64,000 bases of DNA from the human T2T-CHM13v2.0 reference genome, Homo sapiens: NCBI RefSeq assembly GCF_009914755.1, contig NC_060938.1; one strand, given 5' to 3'. The translations under genes and the position numbers were made by a program. Below the pieces are notes generated by a model. That model ran no database searches. It had not been told where the DNA came from and saw only the letters and a list, made by a program, of their open reading frames with translations. Positions 38,169 to 51,970 of the stretch are shown here, piece after piece; positions within the stretch are counted from its first letter, which is position 1; the number at the start of each line of letters is the position of its first letter.

Positions 38169-39321
38169 TACATTTTTATTACCTTTTTGGGTACTTCTTT
38201 TGACATCTTTTTATACCTTGCTCAGCGGACAAAAGACAAAGCTCATTGATTGTCAAGAGGCATTTTTTTGGGAATATTTCTGTTGGCCCTAGATATGGGA
38301 CCCCAGGGCTGTCTACAAGGTGTGAGCCTGTTTCTCTGCTGCAGGAACTCTGCTGTGGGATGGGATTGGGGTGCTCTGTGACAACAGGCATGTACTGGAG
38401 GGCATGAGGGACAGCTTGGAAGGGGAAGGAACATTGCCCTCAGTACTGGCAGCTCCCTGCTCCACAGTATGATCTATTCAGGAAAGGACTTCTTGACTTG
38501 TCTATTGGAGGCCATGGGATGTATGGGGTCATTGAAGTTGAAGGCAAAGATTCCATCCACTCTGAGAAGCCCCATGGACCTCTTGGGGAAGCTTCCATTT
38601 GGGTCAGGATGATCTCCACCACTATTCTAACTCTCTGCCTCCACACCTGGGTGTTCTTAATAGGAAAAACATAGGAAGACAAATGGATATTTGACCTAGA
38701 TCTGGAACTCAAACCTGTACTTTCAGCTTCCTCAAGGTCAGGAGGAGAAACAAGTCTTGATAGTAGCAACATGGCAGATAAGGTGGCTCCTAAAGCCTGC
38801 TTTTGGGAGGGGAATGAACTGTAATCCAAATACATTGATTCTCAACTTCCTGGGACTCTAAGTTTAGCCCTGAGAATAACTGCCCCATGGAAATTTGTGC
38901 TGAAAGCCTGTTTCTCAGTGCTGCTCTTCTGTCTGGTGCTGGGCTATGTGGTCCCTTTTCCCCCCTTTATGCCCAGCCATTCTGGAGAAGCCAAGAGCCG
39001 CACATGATACTCCAGCATTTTGGCTCTTTCTTTCCCCATACTCATTTCCTTATCCCAGAACAATTACCATCGGTCTTGAGCATCCCTCGTATGGATGCCA
39101 TGTGTTAGGCTGGCAGGTGTTAGGACAGAGCTGGGGGCAGAGAGAGGACAGAGGAGAGGGAGGAGTGAAAAGAGAGCAGGAGAGAGAGCAAGAGAGGAGA
39201 CAAGGGAAAGGGAACCAGAGAGGTGGAAGACAAGAGGAGGAGGAGACAAATGGGTTGGAGAGGAAGAAACAGAAGAGGAGAGAAGAATGTTAGTGTTAGT
39301 GTGGAGGACAGGGTACTACAC

Positions 39322-39428
39322 CTTTCTGAAAACTCATATCCACCATGCGGGGGCCCATCATCTCAATGAAGTAATTCTTGTTTTTCTCATATGCCTCATC
39401 ATCAATTACCTTGATGTGAATTGTTTTG
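39322..39428 (-). CDS. SLC8A3: SLC8A3/NCX3 mutually exclusive exon A (107 nt; KTIHIKVIDDEAYEKNKNYFIEMMGPRMVDMSFQK), part of Ca2+-binding domain CBD2
   Basis: Acceptor TCCACAG|C, donor AAAG|GTGTAG, phase 2 in / phase 1 out. The peptide is recognisable as NCX3 exon A (inside ORF 39296..39556). Confidence 0.95.
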
Positions 39429-41779
39429 CTGTGGATGGAAAAATAAGTATCATAAGCAAGGAGTAGAGTGTAGGACAAGTCAGCCAGGAGACAAAAACGG
39501 GAAGAGAAGGAAACAGTTAAAAGATTCAGAAAGATCCAAGTTTGCCCCAACACCACAGGGGCACGGAGGAGAGTGGCTGCCAGTGGACCCCTCCAGCCTC
39601 ACTGGGCTCCTCCTGGGCTTTGTGCTGCTTCATGGTATGATCATATTTGAAGACTGAAAAGAAAGAGCTCAAGCTTCACAGCCGAGGGCTCTGAGTTCTA
39701 ATCCTGGATAGGCTGTGTAATCTTGGATAAATAATTTAACTGATAAACAAACAGGATGAATCATGCTTACAGCATCCCAGGGCAGTTATGAGAGCAATGA
39801 AATAACATACACATAAAGGCTCGGCCACTAAGGTCCTCCCATGTTTGCTTCCTTATCAGTCTTGCTTTTGAGACAAGGGAAAATTTTTGCAATCAGCTGA
39901 CGTTGATCCAAATGGTTTATTTCATGAAAGCAGAAAGGGACAAACTGGTTTGTGGAAATCTTGCCCAGAAATAGTAGAACTTCTCTTTTTCTGTATGGCA
40001 GTGACTATTCTATGGGAGTCGGCGGGAGGGTTGGGTCGGGGGTGGTGGTGGCGGCGGCGGGGATGCTGGGGGGAAATTTGGCTCATGTCACACATTCTGG
40101 CAATTCACAGAGGGCCTGAAAAGCTACTGACACTATCTCCAAACAGGCTTCTGCAGTCACAGGGATGAGCCAGCTGGATCACATTAACTCTAGGGCTCTC
40201 AGAATCACGATTCCTTTCTCAGTCCTACGATGATTTTGTGGCTAGCACAATTATATTGCTTTTCATGTTAAAAGGTGTTAGTTTGTTAATATAAACATTT
40301 AAAAATACATGCCAATTTTAGTCACCCTGTTCTGCATTTCTTCTTCTTTTTTTCTTCCTTCATTTATTTATTTATTTGAGCTTTAAAAACAGATGTAGAC
40401 CTGGGCCTCTCCAGATGGTTGCTTACTGCAGGGACATTTTGGGACCATTTCCCAGGGAAGATGTTTAGACCTCTCCCGGTGGGTGTGAGACACTGCTAGG
40501 TGGGTGGGTGTGGAACTGGGTCTCCCCTCAGTTGTGGGAGTGAGGAGGCCTGAGCAGGAGCCCTGGGCAGTGGCCATGGGCCTGCACCCTTTGAGACTCT
40601 GCTACCCCGCAGCCTGGCTTTGTTGGAGGAGACTGAGGCCTTCAGTCTCCTTTTTTTCTTTTTTATAAAATAGGAATCTTTACATTCTAAATGGGTACAA
40701 CCTCCCTGCCCTCCTGAGCTTCCCCAAGTCACCATTAGAGCTTTGGATGTCTACAGAGCCTGCAGTGTCCATATTGTTGATCCTGCAGAATCAGATCTGG
40801 TCCTTTGCTCCTGAAGTGAATGCAACAGCAGTTACCAAGACACCTGGTCCCTGCCACCCCACCACATGAACTCCAAACCCTCATCACTTGCCACACCCAC
40901 CCCAGTCATGGAAAAGCGTGGCTGGCTACCGTAGAAAGCCCGTGGCTCTTCAACTTGTGAAAGGCCATGATGCTCTGGCCTTCCTTCTTCCAGGTAATGG
41001 AGACAGATGAGCTGGATTCAAATCCCGCCTCCACCCCTCACTAGCTGGGTGACCTTGGGCAATGCTCTAAAGTTCTTCAAGTCTCACGTGTAAGGTCAAA
41101 TAATAGCACCTACTTTGTGATGTTCTTAAATGAAATAATTTATATGAATTTCTGGGCAGGGTTTGTGTTCCCTATTAAAAGTTTCATAAATAGCAACCAT
41201 TATCACTAAGAGTAACAACAATCCCAGTTTGGTGGTTTGAGAGTCATATGTAAGGGAAGCTTATCATCTTCAGTCATTAATTCAGAAAACTAGGGAAACT
41301 CAATAAGTACAGGTGGTGACCCAAGGGGTGGTTGAAGCTGGAAATAGAAATCAGGTCATGAAAGGTTTGGATGAAACAGTATGATAAATCCTAAATGGGC
41401 TATTAGAGGGGGTTGGAATGTTAAGGGTGGTAACAGAGAGATTTCTCTCAAAATCTAGTCTGTGCCCCCATCAGCAACAAGCTCTGGGCTGGACAGACAA
41501 CATGTCATGTGACATAGCATGGCTCGTGCTGTTTTGATTGACATCTTAGGTGGGGACAAGAGAAATAAGGACAGGCGTTAACTAGTGGCAAGAGTAACTT
41601 AGGTTAGCCAGCCAGAACCACCATCAGAGCAAGGAATGAATGGAGGAGGCAGGGTATAGGATTCTCCCATTGAGATCATTCCCAGGGAGGGCATCACTGT
41701 TGGGACTTATGGTATTACCTTGCCTGGAGGCTAGAAAAATCCCTTCCAGCTCTTGAACACTGGAGAAAGTCCTTACTTC

Positions 41780-43070
<1,291 letters not shown>

Positions 43071-43884
43071 TCTAACACACTTGAGACTTCGTAAAATGAA
43101 TCCACTCATCTTTTTGCAGCAAAAATATGTCATTAGAGACAAAAATATTTTGAAGGCTACTTTCATGGAATGCCCGAGGATTTTCAGTGGGACAAAGAAG
43201 CTGCAGACCCAGTATCATCAAACCTAGATCCCCAGTTTACTTAACATACCACATTTGTCTACTCCAAGGAAGCTCTCTCCAACAGCAACCCAGGGTATAA
43301 CTTACTGGTTCAAGTGAGGGTTTTCAGATTTTTTTGGGCCCCCCATTTCCAGTTCTTCTTCCCGCACAGTGGCAGTTACTTAATGGTCATGGGGACAGAT
43401 TATCCTGAGCAGCTACTCCTAGAGCCAGTAATGCTGTCAGAGGCTCCAGGACCTGCACCTGCCTTTCCTCCAAGCTTTCTGCCAAGGGAGGTGCCAATGC
43501 ACACAGCGTTCCCAGAACAGACCTGGCTGAGCTGCTGCGGAAACCTGCTCCCAGGAGATCTTCTATCAAACAACCTGGAGACGATTAGGAAATACATGTC
43601 TGGGCTGCCTGGCTGGCCTTTTGAAATAGTCCTTTGCATCGAGGACATTCAAATCAGGCCTCTGATCCTCAGGGTGCTGCAAAGGGGAAGGGTTCTCTTT
43701 AGCCATTGAGTTCCTTTAGAGTGAAAGTGGGAGTAAGCAGCATTTATTAGTTGAACAGATGATTAATACATTGGAGGAGGCCTTCTTTATACAGGAAGGA
43801 AGAATTCTAAGATAATATATATGCTTACATTGTGCTCACCACCATGAGAACCATAAGAAGAACTTTCTTGTTTCATTCTTCTTA

Positions 43885-44209
<325 letters not shown>

Positions 44210-44221
44210 TAACATAGATAT

Positions 44222-44513
44222 TATTATTTTATTTATTTATTTTTGAGACACAGTCTCACTCTGTCTCCAGGCTAGATTGCAGTGGCACAATCTGGCTCAC
44301 CACAGCCTCAACCTCCCGGGCTCATATAATCTTCCCACCTCAGCCTACCGAGTAGCTAAGACTACAGGCACCTGCCACCATGCCTGGCTAATTTTTGTAT
44401 TTTTTCTAGAGACGAGGTGTCACCATGCTGGTCTCAAACTCTTGGGCTCAAGCAATCCACTGGCCTCGGCCTTCCAAGGTGCTGGGATTATAGGTGTGAG
44501 CCACTGGGCCTGG
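44222..44513 (-). mobile_element. AluJ-type element, tandem with the previous one
   Basis: Antisense Alu dimer. Confidence 0.88.
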
Positions 44514-45307
44514 TCAATTATGATTACTTCCATTTTAAAGATGAGAAAACAGATGCTCAAAGAGGTTAAGTAACTTGCTCAGTCGCACAGCTATTAAGCA
44601 GCTGAGCTAGGATTTTAGCCTATGTCCCCCTATTACACCTATAGCTTATTTCTTATGCAGGTGGGTAAGCTCTGGATGTCATTCCCAAGCTGCAGCCACA
44701 GTGAGGAGGCACAGAATTTCCACACTGAAATCCCAGCAGCACAGGCAGGTAATAAGTGGATCTGCCTCTGTATTGTATTGTGAGTAGGTGGCCTCCTAAC
44801 CCTTCGGCCCTCCCATGCCAGAAATAATCTCTGAGTACAGGCTGGGCTTCTGACTCTGTGACCTCTTCCTGTCTCATTCCTACTGAATGACTCTTTACCC
44901 TGTCAAGAAGCGTTCCCTTTCATCACTTCTGAATGTATCCTTGCTGCTCCGGGTCAGCTAACACTCACAGAGCTTCCTTGACCTGGGGCAGCTGGACCGA
45001 GCAGGTGGAGGAGCTGCGAACCTTTCCATGGGAGCTTTCAGAAGCCTCACATCTCTTAGCTGGGTTCTTCTTGTAGTTTCCTTTATTTTTCCGGTTGGGT
45101 GTCACTGCCCCATCTCTTCCCCTGCCAGGTTTCTGGCTCTTTGAACGTGGACTGAACCCCCCACCGCCACCTGTCACCAACAACCCAACACTGATATTTC
45201 CCTGACCCCTCTCCCAAGGTCTGAGGGGAAGGCCCCTGTTCCATGAGAAGGCTTAGGGTCTCTAATTGGCGTTCTCTTTAAAATAAGTGTGTCATCTCGT
45301 CCCTGAA

Positions 45308-45455
45308 AGCGGTGCTTCTCAAACTTTAATGTGCACATGAATCACCCAAGCATCTTGTTAATGTGTGGATTCTGATTCAGTAGATCTGGGGTGGGGCCTG
45401 AGAGCCTGCCTTTTTAACAAGGCCCCAGCGTGTGTGGATGCTACTGGTCCATGGC
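45308..45455. mobile_element. MER5A hAT-Charlie fragment
   Basis: GTGCTTCTCAAACTTTAATGTGCACATGAATCACC...GATTCTGATTCAGTAGATCTGGGGTGGGGCCTGAGA. Confidence 0.8.
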
Positions 45456-46302
45456 CAAAAGATCCCCTGGAGAAGTCGCTCTGACTCTATTAAAGACCCA
45501 GGGAAAGAGGAGAAGCGGCTTGAATGCTAGTGCCAGTCAAGGATGGGGGGCTGGAGTCAAAGTCTAGCGTTTCAGTCAAATGCTGGACTAATTAGGTCAA
45601 TTCTGACACTATATCTTGAGAGGGACTTTGGAGTACATCCAGAGTAGGGTGACTAGGATGATGAGAGATCTAGAAACCACATTTCAAATTAACTTACCAA
45701 TAGTTACATAGTGCTTATTTTGTGCTAGGCAGAGCTCTAAGCATTTTGCTTATATTAAGTAATTTAATCCTCACAACTAACCTGTTAGATAGGTAGAGGC
45801 CAGACCAGGTGCTATTTTCTCTGCACACATTATCTCATTTAATATTCATAATAACCTATGAGGTAGGTGCTATTTTTATCCCCATTCCCACACATGAAGA
45901 ACCAGAGGACCAGAAAAGTTAAGAGACTTGCCTAAGGTTATAACTAAATAAGTGGCAGAGCTGGGAATTGAATTCAAACAGTGTGGCTCTAAAGATTTTG
46001 CATCTAACTATTGATTTGTGGATCCAGAGGAGAGATGTCTCCTGGAGGAAACGCTACTTACTCCAAATGGTTCTGGGGCTGTCACAAGTGCTGCTTCCAA
46101 AGGAAGTAGGTGGGAAGTTCCAGGGAGGTGGGTTTCAACTCTACCACATACCATTCCATCAGGGAGATGAACTAGCTTATAAGAGAGTGATCACCCCATT
46201 CCTGGTATTAAAAAATAGGATGATGTCCATGCATAAAAAAGGCCATGGAGAGGATTCCTGCATGCTACAGGAGGTCAAGTAATGACCCCTAAAGGACTAC
46301 AG

Positions 46303-46499
46303 CCAGTGGTGAGCTAATAAACCAGCTTCCCAGGAATAAAGAGAAACCCTGATTTGGAACGGTTGCTTTCCATGGTGAAAATACTCTCACTATAGTCAAT
46401 TTCAGGCTACTAATAGTTTAACAACCAATGTCCACAATTACTAAACATTTAACAGTCAGCTCTTGTGAGATGGTAGGAGTCTGCTCTGGTATACCACTG
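46303..46499. mobile_element. MER63-like hAT MITE
   Basis: Inverted termini CCAGTGGT...ACCACTG; internal GTCAATTTCAGGCTAC. Confidence 0.55.
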
Positions 46500-46699
46500 A
46501 CAGTGTCAGATTCTCCCAATGTGTTTGAGAAAGATTGTGGTGGGAAAGAATAGTTCTGATTGATTTACAGCCTATTTTGCCACATGCTAGTGTTTGCTCA
46601 AAGTGGGTGTCTGATGAAGTTAGGTATAAATGTGCTTATTCAAAAAGGCCTTTGGGAAAAAAAGGCTTCAAGATTTGGTTTTTAAAAGGATTATGGGTG

Positions 46700-47300
46700 A
46701 GTGGGGAGGCAGAGTTTCTAAAATGTTCCCCCAAAGATGTTCTGCCCCAATCCTTGGAACCTGTAAATGTGCTGTTATCACTCCTGAAATGTTATACGGT
46801 ATCACAGTTACCTTTAAAATAGGGACATTATCCAGGTGGGCCTGATTGAATCGCATGAACCCTTAAAAGCAAAGAACTTTCTCTGGCTAAAGAAGAAGGG
46901 AAAGCCAGAAAGATACGAGCCACAAGAAAGATTCTACATGCTGCTTTGGTTTGAAGATGAATGGTGTCTTGTGAATAGGAACATAGGCAGCCTGTAGGTG
47001 CAAAGAGTGGTCCCTGGATGACAGCCAGCAAGGAAACGGGGACCTCCAACCTCAAGCCACAAGAGACGGGTTTCTGCTGATGGCCTGAATAAGGTTGGAA
47101 GCGTATATGTCCTCAGAGCCTCCAGATAAGATCCCAGCCTGGCCAACACCTTGATTTCAGTCTCACGAGAACTTGGACAGAGAACCCAGTCAAGCCTGCC
47201 TGGACTTCTGAGATACAGAACTTGCGAGATAATAAATGGGTATTGCTTTAAGCCTCTACGTTTCTGACAATTTGCTACACAGCAACAGACAACTAATATG
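46700..47300 (+). mobile_element. MLT1D/E-type MaLR solo LTR
   Basis: CCCCAAAGATGTTC...GGAACCTGTAAATGTG...ATTATCCAGGTGGGCC...GCCAACACCTTGATTTCAG...AATAAATGGGTATTGCTTTAAGCC...CAGCAACAGACAACTAATA. Confidence 0.8.
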
Positions 47301-48139
47301 GAAGGCTTATTTATTTTATGGAGGCAGGAACCTGAGCTAAATGATCTCTTGGAACTACCCTACACCATCTATTTTGTGAACAAAAAGAGTGTTTCGGGGT
47401 GCGTGTGAGAACGTGCACAGACTCCCCTTTTGCTTTGGTATCTATTCTGGACCCTCCTTTGAGCCCTCTACTGCATGCAGCTTCTACATACCTGTGACTA
47501 GCTGGACTCATCAGAGATAACCTACTGAGGATGTGGCTTCCCCTAGGGAAAGTGTAGGAACATTTTGTCTCTACTGACAGTAAAGAGCTGACTGCTGGAC
47601 ATGTTTATGGATGTAGACCCATTTGAGGACTTGATGCTCATTCTGTTAATTCTGAAATGTCTGGGTTTATAACTGGGCATCACAGCCCATGGGTACTCCT
47701 CTGCTTTCCTAATTACCCACTTTCCCAGTGCCTGGAGAGCGTGTTACCTGTGGCTAGAGGGAAAGGGACATCTGAGGTAACTGCATGATTATGGACCTAG
47801 GGTTCAGGATATGATCACAGGCAAGGCAGTGCCAAAAACCTCAAAAGGATCACTCACTCTGTTTCCCAAAGGTCAGGGCAAAAAGAGGGAATTTCTAATT
47901 TTTTAGACATTATTCTTTTAAAGTAGATGCCTTTTTTTTAAGGTTTTCATGCCTTGTAGGGTAGCTCTACAGGGTAGAAAATATTTTAAAATCACAAAAT
48001 TTTATTCTCCCCTTCCTTTCTTACAGAATAAAGACTTAAGGATTCCAATTCATCCTAAGAATTGGAAACTCTCTGTAATGTCTATCTATCCGTCCATCCA
48101 TCCATCCATCCATCCATCCATCCATCTCTGCAACCTGAA

Positions 48140-48440
<301 letters not shown>

Positions 48441-49628
48441 TGCCACCTGATATTTTCAAATTTTTCCATACAAACTCTGCACTTCAATTATCTTCATTAT
48501 GCCCCAAACATGTCATTCCTCTGCTCACCCTGAGAATTCTTCCTCTTACCCTTCCCTTCCCTTCCCTTCCCTTCCCTTCCTTCCTTCCACTCTTCCATAA
48601 TAAAGATTTCCCTCCTTCTTTGCTGCCCTATGGTGGGAAGTGCTTTATATTACTGCTTATGTGTGTATTCATGTGAGTGGGGGTATGACGGAGTGGGCTG
48701 AGGGTTAGGAACGTTGCACTATACATTAGAGGGAGGATCTGGCCTTCTTGAAAGTAGTCTCTGTATGAGTGTTACCCAGTTATTCTCAAAGGGGAATTTA
48801 ATCTTCAACCTCCATATCAGTGGGTCTGTGAAGGTTTCATCTCTGCATGTGACTCAGTTACTTACAGCTCCATTTGGGCCCCAAGTTTGTCCTGACTCAC
48901 TTCAAGGGGGCTGGGGTGAGGGAGACAGGAATATTCACAACTCCAATTCTCTCTTTTTTCTAAGTCAAGAGAAGTAAATATATATATATATGCATGCCAG
49001 TAGTCTGGGAATAAATGATTGCTGTGCCCTGAAGTTGATAAATCCCCTTCTTGGAAAGGCAGTGAGAAGAATCTATAAAATCATTTTATTTAACAGTGTA
49101 TCTGTTCCCAGCACTGAAGAGAACAAGTGGCTGGTTATCTGATTCATGGCTTTAGAGATGTTGGATCTCTCTGTCTTGTCTTCTCTCACTGCTGGGAATC
49201 TTATTTTGAGAGAACAAATTTGATCCAAGTAGAAAAGAGAGAAGTTTGTATTGTATACACGTGAAACACTGGGTCCAAACAAAACCTTCTAATAATTAGG
49301 AAGAGAGAGGAGCTGGCTCTTCAGGACTTGGGTCAAATGCAGTCAAAACGCCCTGCCTTCCACCTTAATTCCCTGTCCACTCAAGCTCTGAGAAAGCCCA
49401 TATTTCTGGTGCATAATTTCTAGAGATCCTTGTAAATAGCAAATCCAGGAAAGATTGCTGTCCCTGGGCTGAGCAGAGAAAATATTTCAATTAGAGACTT
49501 AACTGCATGGGAGATTAGCTGATTCTATAGACATTTTCTTGACTGAACCCATCAGGGACTACACTAAAGCAAAGCTGCAGTGTTGCACAACTGCACTGGG
49601 CTCCAGGCACATAGAAGCCAATGAGAAT

Positions 49629-49643
49629 GCTGCCCCCTGGTGG
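49629..49643 (-). promoter_or_regulatory. CTCF core motif (CCACCAGGGGGCAGC) in the SLC8A3 intron, inside a probable MER91-like DNA-transposon relic (~49550-49690)
   Basis: Near-consensus CTCF match. The flanking TGCAGTGTTGCACAACTGCACTG resembles MER91. Confidence 0.6.
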
Positions 49644-50167
49644 TGTGCAGCACAGTGGCACTGGATGACAGAACAGCCTACAGGTTGCATGTTAGCTACT
49701 GTCCCCATTTGGGGTGTGTTGAATTGTGGGTCCCAAAGGGGTTGTCAGAAATTTCCACCTGTGAGAATTCGAGATGACCTGTTTTCCAATTTAGAGTTCT
49801 TCCCTTTTTCTCCCAGTCAAAGGGGAAATTCTTGTTTTATACCACCTGGAGACAACGTAGGTCCCAGGCTATTGAAGGGTTGGAGTCAGTGGGCCTAAGT
49901 GCTTGTCCCAGCTCGGCTGCAGGAATAGTGGATCCTTTGTGCTAATGTGACAATCTAGCCTGCTGCTAGTTTCACAGAACCTAGTGACCTTGGGAGGAAC
50001 ATAGTAGGCAAACTACTTGGGAGATAGACTTTAAAAGCAGAAGCTGAGATTATCACAAAGGTGGGGAAGGGAGACAGAAATCCTATTTCCTCTATGCTTA
50101 AAGGTCTGAAGTTATTCTTATGGTCAAAGCAAGAGGCTGATATAGAACAGACAGGCATAGATCCAGG

Positions 50168-50390
50168 ACAGGGATCAGGGTGAGACTAGTAAGTCAGAGG
50201 TGCAACATTTAAGGGTACACCTAAAAACTCAGTAATCAAGATCAATAATATTTTAATGCAATGATTTTTAAAAGTTGCAATTAATGCAACAAATCCATGA
50301 TAAACAAAATATCAAAATGTTAATAAAGACAGGTTCCTATCCTGCCCTTGCTGACTCACTTCATTTACCTTGCCCTAACCCTAACCCTAG
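50168..50390. mobile_element. MER96B-like hAT element
   Basis: CAGGGTGAG...GGTGCAACATTTAAGGG...AAAAACTCAGTAATCAAGATCAATAATATTTTAATGCAAT. Confidence 0.6.
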
Positions 50391-50613
50391 GGAGGCGACT
50401 CTAGTGGTCCTCTGATGCCTTGTGGTGTAATAGAGAGAATGACAGTAGGAAGAGTCGAGTTTGAGTTCCGCTGCTGCTGCTTACTTACTACAGGTTCTCC
50501 TAAGCCTAAACAAGGAAGACAAGAGATTGTTTCTCTTTTGAGATTGTTATGGGTCATGATATGAACAAAAAAAATACAACTCTTGTTTTTGGAAACTGCA
50601 GGTCTCCTTCAAC

Positions 50614-50672
50614 TGTGTGTATGTGTGTGTGTGTGTGCGCGCATGTGTGTGCGTGCGTGTGTGCGTGTGTGT
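50614..50672. repeat. Mixed (TG/CG/CA) alternating purine-pyrimidine microsatellite
   Basis: 59 bp of uninterrupted Y/R alternation. Confidence 0.9.
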
Positions 50673-51109
50673 TTAATATAACTAGGGCTTTTAGTTCACC
50701 CTCCAGAGCTAACCCCTTAAGCCTTTCAGGAAGCCAGACAACGTTCTCAGCCTTTCGGGCTCTCTGTTCGTCTCTTCCTTCACTCCTCACTGGCCCTTCC
50801 TTTTCTCTCTCACCAGAGGAACTATCTGCCCTTTGCAAGAGCTCAGCTCCCACGTGCCTGCCCAAGGTTTGCCATAGGCCGCATATCCTTCTTATTTTTA
50901 GGCAATAGGGAGGAAATGGGAGGAGGGTGGAGTGTCTTCTTTGAGGACATTGCCTTTGAACTGTGCTCTGGAAAGGTGGTGTCCAGTTTTCTCTGGCCTT
51001 CACTTTTGCCTTCTGCCTTCTGCCTTGTTGGGCTTGCGTGAGTGGCCCGCGCTTATTTGTCAGCGTGGTCCCCCTCTGCTTGGAACCGTCTTCTCTGCCA
51101 CACCACCCT

Positions 51110-51970
51110 ACTTAAACCACTTTCTCTTCTTACCTGGCCTCTTGCAATAACCACCTAATTTATCTCCCTGCTTCCATTTCTCTTAGCCTGTTATGGTCCA
51201 TTCTCTCCTCAGCAGGAGTGCTTAAAAACAATTTTTTAAAGAAAATTATAACATGCTGCTCCCCTACTTAAATCTTTCATAGGTTCCCATTGCATTTAAA
51301 ATTAAAATTGAACTGCATAATCCAACCTAGGAATTCTGAAACTTTAGCATACTCGGAATCATCTGGAGGGCTCGATAAAACACAATGAGGTGCCCCATCC
51401 CAGAGTTTGTGACTCAGCAGGTCTGGGTGGGGCCTGAGAATTTGCATTCCTAACAAGTTCCCAGGTAACATTGATGCTGCTGGCTCCAGAACCACAGTGA
51501 GAACGCTGATCAAGCCTGCAAAGCCTGACCTTGATGCCCCCACTCCCCCACTCACCTTCTACTACTTTTCCACCACCCACTCGGCCTGGTCATGCCTGCC
51601 TTTGTTCTGTTTTCTCAAATATCTTGTCCTCATTCCTGCCTCAGGGCCTCTGCACTACCTGCTTCCTCTGCCTGGAGCTTTCCTTCTCCAGATAGTCTCA
51701 TGACCAGGTTCTTTTTAAATGTCTTAGCTTACATGCCACCACCTTGTCTGCCCGGTCTGCTTGGCCCTCCAGCTACTCTCCATCATATCTGTTTCCCTTT
51801 ATCTTGTTTATTTATTTATCTGTAAGTGGTCTGTTTCCTTCATCAGAATAAAAGCTCCATGAGAGCAGGAACCTTGTCTGTGTTCTTTGCCAGCACCCAG
51901 CACAGTCTCTGGCACATAGACCACACGCAATATATATTTGTTGAATGAATGCATGAATGATTAATGAATA
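51110..51970 (+). mobile_element. L2 3' fragment with a nested MER5A (~51345-51505)
   Basis: TGCAATAACCACCTAA...AAGCTCCATGAGAGCAGGAACC...TTTGTTGAATGAATG; MER5A: CAGCAGGTCTGGGTGGGGCCTGAGAATTTGCATT. Confidence 0.7.

Noticed and set aside
50372-50390. Telomere-like CCCTAACCCTAACCCTAG
   Set aside because: Only ~3 units, coinciding with the decayed terminus of the MER96B-like element; not an interstitial telomere.
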